Shown piece by piece: positions 26,681 through 31,751 of a stretch of DNA of 31,751 nt. How positions within the stretch are numbered: the stretch's first letter is position 1; every line of letters begins with the position of its first letter. Source of the DNA: Bdellovibrionota bacterium (GTDB lineage Bacteria; Bdellovibrionota_C; UBA2361; OMII01); the NCBI GenBank assembly GCA_044356215.1, contig JBIKWQ010000036.1, forward strand, positions 1 to 31,751, given 5' to 3'. The position numbers and the translations under genes are program-made. The notes beneath the pieces were generated by a model. It did no database searches. It worked only from the letters and a program-made list of their open reading frames with translations, and had not been told where the DNA came from.

Positions 26681-27709
26681 ATGAGCTACGCGTCTCGTAG
26701 AGTTAAGCGCCGCGATTTTGATGTTTGGCCAGGGTACGTTGATGCCCTCTCATCGATGTTGATGCTAATTGCGCTCGTGTTGATGGTGATGGTGGCGGCG
26801 CAGTTCTACTTAGGCAATGCGCTAAATACCAAGGATGTCGCGCTAGATGAATTGGCGGTAAGGCTTAGAGCGCTAACGGATTCATTAAATCTAGAGCAGA
26901 ATACGACTAAATCTCTTAAGGCGAAAAACGCGGAGCTAGAGGCGAATTATGAAAGGGGGTTGCTGGAGCTAAATCTTCTTAAGACAACGGTGGCCGAAAA
27001 AGAGAAGCTCGCAATGGCGTATCAGGCAGATCGCGACGCGGCGGCAGGTGAATTAAATAAAGCTAAGGGGCAGGTTGATTCGTTGAATTTACAGCTTTCA
27101 ACGTTGGCTAAGCAGGTAGAGGAGCTTAATAAACATCTAGCGCTTCTCACGGCGGATCTTACCTCTACAAAGAGCACACTCCTGGATAAGGATAAGCAGA
27201 TTAAAGATCTCGATCAGAAGCTTAAAAAAGCGATGCTTAAGAAAGTTGAGGAGTTGGCGGATTACAGATCCGATTTCTTCGGTAAGTTGAAGAAAGCCCT
27301 TAGTAATCGACCTGAGATCCGTGTCGTTGGAGATCGCTTTGTGTTTCAGTCAGAGGTTCTCTTCCCGTCAGCTTCGGCTCAGCTAGAGGAGGGCGGCAAG
27401 CAGGAGCTAGCTAAGATGGCTGAGACCTTGAAGCAGGTTGGTCAATCAATCCCCAAAGAGGTTAATTGGATCCTTACGGTAATTGGTCACACCGATAAGC
27501 GACCTATAAGCACGCCGCAGTTTCCATCTAACTGGGAGTTGTCTACCGCTCGTGCTCTTTCAGTTGTCAAATTCCTTCAAGAGTCGGGCATCCCTGCGTC
27601 GCGTCTATCCGCAACCGGATATGGTGAACACCAGCCGATTGAGAACGGCATGACGGATGAGGCTTTCGCTAAAAATAGACGTATAGAGCTTAAATTCAAC
27701 CAGAAATAG
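26681..27709 (+). CDS. MotB-like / OmpA peptidoglycan-binding protein with a long coiled coil
   Basis: WPGYVDALSSMLM (TM Asp), ~150-aa coiled coil, GHTDKRP...SNWELSTARA...NRRIE. Confidence 0.88.
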   Translation: MSYASRRVKRRDFDVWPGYVDALSSMLMLIALVLMVMVAAQFYLGNALNTKDVALDELAVRLRALTDSLNLEQNTTKSLKAKNAELEANYERGLLELNLLKTTVAEKEKLAMAYQADRDAAAGELNKAKGQVDSLNLQLSTLAKQVEELNKHLALLTADLTSTKSTLLDKDKQIKDLDQKLKKAMLKKVEELADYRSDFFGKLKKALSNRPEIRVVGDRFVFQSEVLFPSASAQLEEGGKQELAKMAETLKQVGQSIPKEVNWILTVIGHTDKRPISTPQFPSNWELSTARALSVVKFLQESGIPASRLSATGYGEHQPIENGMTDEAFAKNRRIELKFNQK

Positions 27710-27713
27710 GTCG

Positions 27714-27738
27714 CCTGCTCCTAAGGAAGCGAGGTTTT
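27714..27738 (+). terminator. Weak terminator-like hairpin after the MotB-like gene
   Basis: CCTGCTCCT / AGGAAGCGAGG imperfect stem followed by TTTT. Confidence 0.3.
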
Positions 27739-27787
27739 GCTGTTTCAAGAGTTGGCCGGTGGCCTATTTTGAGGCAATATACCGCCC

Positions 27788-28531
27788 ATGCATAAGGTCA
27801 TTTTCTTTGCCCCATGTTTAGTCGACCAGCTCTATCCAGAGATGGGAGTCTCCCTTGTTAAGCTTTTGCGACACTTTGGGTTCGAGGTGTCATTTGATAG
27901 CGCGATGGCTTGTTGCGGTCAGCCGGCGTTTAACGCGGGGCAGGTATCCGAAGCCCGATCCGTGGCACGAACGGTCGTTAATACTTTGTGCGCGAGTAAG
28001 AACGCGAATAGCGATGTGGTGCTGCCATCAGGTTCGTGCACGGCTATGATCCGGCGCTTCTACCCAGAGGTGTTTCACGGCGACCGTGATGAGAAGGCGG
28101 CGTGTGAGCTTGGCTCTCGGGTTTTTGAGTTGTCTGAGTTCTTAACAAAGCACGGTTTACTTGGAGAGCTTAAAGGTAAGTACGAGAAGAAGGTAGCTTT
28201 TCATAATTCCTGCCACTCAGCGCGAGAGCTTGAGTTACGTACCGAGTACCGCGAGCTATTTAAGGGTATTGAAGGTCTTGAGCTGATTGATCCATCGCCA
28301 GAGCCGGTATGCTGTGGATTCGGAGGGCTTTTCTGTCAGAAGTTTCAGGGAATATCGCAAGGAATGGCAAAGACCAGACTTGAGATGTGTCGTGATGCTG
28401 GAGCTCACGAGATAGTTTCCAATGACCCTGGGTGTATTATGCACCTAAGAGTTATGGCGAAGGACCAAGGGATAACGACCCCTATAAGGCATACAGTTGA
28501 GCTATTAGCTGACGCCATGGGAGTTTCATAA
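27788..28531 (+). CDS. lutA: Lactate utilization Fe-S protein LutA/YkgE (CCG domains)
   Basis: PCLVD, CCGQPAFN, PSGSC, HNSCH, CCGFGG and DPGC. Confidence 0.92.
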   Translation: MHKVIFFAPCLVDQLYPEMGVSLVKLLRHFGFEVSFDSAMACCGQPAFNAGQVSEARSVARTVVNTLCASKNANSDVVLPSGSCTAMIRRFYPEVFHGDRDEKAACELGSRVFELSEFLTKHGLLGELKGKYEKKVAFHNSCHSARELELRTEYRELFKGIEGLELIDPSPEPVCCGFGGLFCQKFQGISQGMAKTRLEMCRDAGAHEIVSNDPGCIMHLRVMAKDQGITTPIRHTVELLADAMGVS

Positions 28532-28540
28532 AGGAACGCT

Positions 28541-29920
28541 ATGAGTAACGCTTCAGAGCATTCTCAGTTTATCGCATCATCTGAGGTTAGGGCCGCTGAT
28601 GAAGTCCACCGTAAAAGGCTACTTAAGGTTATAGCCAGCTATGACTCGGTGGTTGTTAATCAAAAAGCGAGTCAGTTTAGAGACTGGCAAGAGGCGCGAA
28701 CACTAGCCGGCGAGATTAAGCGTTACGTTTTAGATAATCTACCAGAGCTACTTGAGCAATTTGAGCAAAATGCGCTCAAGAACGGGATTCGCGTGTTGTG
28801 GGCTAGAGATGTCGCGGATGCCCATAGGCAGATCGAGCAGATCATCGCCCAACACCAAGTCAAGAAGGTGGTAAAGTCCAAGTCGATGACCTCAGAGGAG
28901 CTTGAGTTAAATGAATTCCTCGAACACCGACATATAGAGACACTAGAAAGCGATCTGGGCGAATTGATAGTGCAACTGGCGGGAGAGAAGCCGTATCACA
29001 TTGTGACGCCAGCTATGCATAAATCAAAGGAAGAGATTAGCGAGATATTTCAAAAGACCTTGGGGTGTGAACCGACAAACGATGCTGAGGAGCTCACAGA
29101 TATAGCCAGGCGACACCTGCGAGATGTCTATATCACAGCGGATCTCGGTATCAGTGGGGCTAACTTCCTTTTAGCTGATGAGGGCGCGATCTTAATTTTA
29201 GAGAATGAGGGGAACGCTAGGCTCTCAACAGCGTGTCCTAAGGTGCATCTCTCGATCGCTGGAATTGAGAAGCTTCTTCCAAGCGTAAAGGACCTCGAGT
29301 TGTTCCTGCCTCTGCTATCAACTAGCGGAACAGGACAGCAGATGACGGCCTACAATTCGATTATTCGTGGGCCTAAGACAAGCGCGGAAGTTGATGGGCC
29401 AGAGGTGATGTACCTGATGCTGATCGATAACGGCAGATCGAATATCTATGGTAAGGATGAAGTTCGAGATGCTTTAAGTTGTATCCGCTGCGGTGCTTGT
29501 CTTAATGCGTGTCCAGTGTATAAGACCGTTGGTGGTCACACATATAACACTCCTTATTCAGGACCGATCGGTGCGGTTATTACGCCTCATTTAAAGGGTA
29601 TGAGGGATTGGGGTCATCTGGCGTTCGCCTCAAGTCTGTGTGGCGCCTGCACTGATGTCTGTCCGGTTAAGATCCCGCTCGCCCACATGTTGCTGACTAA
29701 TAGGCAGGAGGCGAACGAGACAGCTCCGAGTTGGTTCTGGCAGAGCGCATTAAAAGGTTGGGCTTTAACGATGCGGAGTAGGGTGGTGGTTGACCTTGGA
29801 GGACGGATGGCTAGATTCGGTCATTCGATTCTTTCAACCGTCGCGCCAAAGCTAGCGAGAAAGCTACCTAAACCGGCGGCGCGGTCGTTTTCCTCATGGT
29901 GGAGGCAAAATGGAGAGTAG
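28541..29920 (+). CDS. lutB: Lactate utilization Fe-S protein LutB/YkgF
   Basis: KSKSMTSEE, ESDLGE, ENEGNAR, CIRCGACLNACP and SSLCGACTDVCPVKI. Confidence 0.95.
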   Translation: MSNASEHSQFIASSEVRAADEVHRKRLLKVIASYDSVVVNQKASQFRDWQEARTLAGEIKRYVLDNLPELLEQFEQNALKNGIRVLWARDVADAHRQIEQIIAQHQVKKVVKSKSMTSEELELNEFLEHRHIETLESDLGELIVQLAGEKPYHIVTPAMHKSKEEISEIFQKTLGCEPTNDAEELTDIARRHLRDVYITADLGISGANFLLADEGAILILENEGNARLSTACPKVHLSIAGIEKLLPSVKDLELFLPLLSTSGTGQQMTAYNSIIRGPKTSAEVDGPEVMYLMLIDNGRSNIYGKDEVRDALSCIRCGACLNACPVYKTVGGHTYNTPYSGPIGAVITPHLKGMRDWGHLAFASSLCGACTDVCPVKIPLAHMLLTNRQEANETAPSWFWQSALKGWALTMRSRVVVDLGGRMARFGHSILSTVAPKLARKLPKPAARSFSSWWRQNGE

Positions 29921-30581
29921 AGAGATAATACTTGATCGCTTAAGGGCGTTGCGCGGGAATAAGGCGTCTCGAGAGAAGCCGAGTTATACGCCAGAGGCGA
30001 TATTTTCTGATATCCCGGCTTTAAATCGCGATGCCTTGATAGAGCAGTTCTCGCGAAAGCTAACCGCGCTTAAAGGGGAAGTTTATGCAGTACCTAGTTA
30101 TAAGTTGGCGGCCGAGAAGATAGCGGCTCTGGCAAAGGAATCTCATATAACCCAGTGCGGCAGGCAGAGCGCGCCAGTTTTAGATAAGCTATTTGAGACT
30201 CACTCTGAGCTTGCGGGTTTAGAGTCTAATATACGAATAGTCGATCAAGAGGGAATTTCGCACGCGGAAGTTGAGTCGATGCAGTGCGCGTTTTCAGTCG
30301 CGGACTCGTTAATAGCGCGCACAGGTAGTATCGTTCTGCGTGCGACAACCGCTGGGGGGCGGCGACTCTCTGTTTTACCCCCAGTTCACTGTGTCGTGGC
30401 GACATCTGACCAATTGGTGCCTTGCTTATCTCCATGGTTATCTAACATTCATGAGGATCCTAGCTGGAGTTACGGGACGATTATTACAGGTCCATCACGA
30501 ACCGCTGATATCGAGAGGATCTTGGTGTTGGGTGCTCACGGCCCGAAGAGACTGATCGTTGTACTAATCGATGAAAGATAG
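29910..30581 (+). CDS. lutC: Lactate utilization protein LutC/YkgG (LUD domain)
   Basis: IARTGSI, LSVLPPVH and ITGPSRTADIERILVLGAHGP. Confidence 0.93.
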   Translation: MESREIILDRLRALRGNKASREKPSYTPEAIFSDIPALNRDALIEQFSRKLTALKGEVYAVPSYKLAAEKIAALAKESHITQCGRQSAPVLDKLFETHSELAGLESNIRIVDQEGISHAEVESMQCAFSVADSLIARTGSIVLRATTAGGRRLSVLPPVHCVVATSDQLVPCLSPWLSNIHEDPSWSYGTIITGPSRTADIERILVLGAHGPKRLIVVLIDER

Positions 30582-30607
30582 TGACTAATTTGCTGAGGCG
30601 ATAACGT

Positions 30608-31684
30608 ATGCGCTTTGATCCTGAGAAGATAATCCTTGGAACAGCTAATCTTGGTGGTTTGTTTCTAGATGGTAAGGAGCCCGATCTTAATCGAGCTGTT
30701 TCGATTATTAGGAGCGCGCTGGATTTAGGGATCTCTAAGTTTGATACAGCTCCACTTTACGGCTGGGGAGCTAGTGAATTTTTCTTGGGTAGGGCGTTAG
30801 AGGCAGTAGGGATAAAGCGTGATTCGCTATACATCTCGTCAAAAGCCTTTAGGGCACTCTTCCCATGTACTGACCAGCGTGACTCGACACAGCCTGAATT
30901 TTGGACGCTTGGAGAGCCTAATCGCCGATTCACCCACAAGTGGCGAGTTGATTACGACTCTGTGATGCAGACTACTTTACGAACGCTTGAGTCTCTCAGA
31001 AGCTCGTATCTAGACGGCCTCTCGTTGCACGATCCATGGGATGCGTTAAATGAGGATCCTACAATGAGTTGGGAGAGGATGGATCGTGGGCTAGAGGCTA
31101 TCGCGGATTTAAAGCACGCGGGTTTCGTGCGCCAGGTCGGATATGGTGGCAAGGAGACCACTGCTTTGAAGACCTTAGTTGAGAGACATCCAGGTCTTTT
31201 AAGTTATGTATCTACTACGACTTACACGTTAATCGATCAGAGCTTCGCGAGTGAGGGGATGTTTGAACTGTGTGATAAGTTAGGTCTTGAATACCGTGTG
31301 GCAGGGCCGTTCTGTTCGCGCTTGTTAGCTCAAGATCCTCGCGGGGCGGTTAAGTGTCCGGGCAAGGATGGGGTTACTAGATGGTACTACAAGGGAGACC
31401 TGAATATGCCGGTCACCTTTAATTACGGATATATATCTGATCAGAACTACGACAAGGCGTGTAAATTGTGGGCGATAGTAGAGAAGTACGGCGAAGAGTC
31501 TCCACGCGCCGCAGCGCTGCAATTTGTTCTAGCGCATCCGAAGGTGGCTGGAGTCATTATTGGAGCTGCAGCACCTGAGCATCTTCAGGATCTAAAGCGC
31601 TCGGTAGAGCGGAAGATTAATCCGGGGCTCTACGAGGAGTTAGTCGCGGCTGGGGTAGATTCAACTCCGAAACGCAACACCTAG
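30608..31684 (+). CDS. Aldo/keto reductase (D-threo-aldose / L-fucose dehydrogenase-like)
   Basis: GTANLGG, FDTAPLYG (catalytic Asp and Tyr), ISSK, LHDP and AALQFVLAHP. Confidence 0.88.
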   Translation: MRFDPEKIILGTANLGGLFLDGKEPDLNRAVSIIRSALDLGISKFDTAPLYGWGASEFFLGRALEAVGIKRDSLYISSKAFRALFPCTDQRDSTQPEFWTLGEPNRRFTHKWRVDYDSVMQTTLRTLESLRSSYLDGLSLHDPWDALNEDPTMSWERMDRGLEAIADLKHAGFVRQVGYGGKETTALKTLVERHPGLLSYVSTTTYTLIDQSFASEGMFELCDKLGLEYRVAGPFCSRLLAQDPRGAVKCPGKDGVTRWYYKGDLNMPVTFNYGYISDQNYDKACKLWAIVEKYGEESPRAAALQFVLAHPKVAGVIIGAAAPEHLQDLKRSVERKINPGLYEELVAAGVDSTPKRNT

Positions 31685-31708
31685 AATGCGTATCGCATCT
31701 AGGTAGTT

Positions 31709-31751
31709 ATGGAAGATTCAAAAGGACAGTTAGGTGTGGCCGAAAGGCGAG
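31709..31751 (+). CDS. Possible start of the next gene (partial)
   Basis: ATG 31709 after AGGT, open to the window end (MEDSKGQLGVAERR). Too short to identify. Confidence 0.3.
   Translation, partial: MEDSKGQLGVAERR

Noticed and set aside
25492..27709. Zorya defence system or flagellar stator
   Set aside because: No zorC/zorD/zorE or flagellar genes are adjacent, the context is housekeeping, and the A tail is shorter than I would expect for type I ZorA.
31679..31704. Hairpin ACCTAGAATGCG-TAT-CGCATCTAGGT as a terminator
   Set aside because: There is no U tract and a possible next ATG follows at 31709. At most it is an intercistronic stem.

Overview
Bacterial chromosomal window from a diderm organism (lnt, OmpA lipoprotein; lineage cannot be fixed from the sequence). 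It has two parts. The first (1-~8190) is an accessory region. It holds the left end of an IS66-family element on the minus strand (absent from the ORF track), a frameshifted YgjV-like gene, an AAA/DUF4143 ATPase, a GNAT-methyltransferase-membrane protein trio, a frameshifted M15/VanX-like peptidase candidate and a DeoR / DUF4406 / NudK module. These are punctuated by three same-orientation copies of a ~160-190 bp palindromic repeat built from 9-bp units. The second (8195-31751) is mostly core genes: purL-purF, the prkA(yeaG)-yeaH-spoVR operon, thiolase, eno-lnt-OmpA lipoprotein, ftsB-DUF721, a 2-oxoacid dehydrogenase E2 with rsmD, an orphan MotA/MotB-like pair, lutABC and an aldo/keto reductase. 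The best candidates for something undescribed are the repeat-delimited cargo array and the orphan stator-like motor pair. No rRNA, tRNA or CRISPR array was seen.
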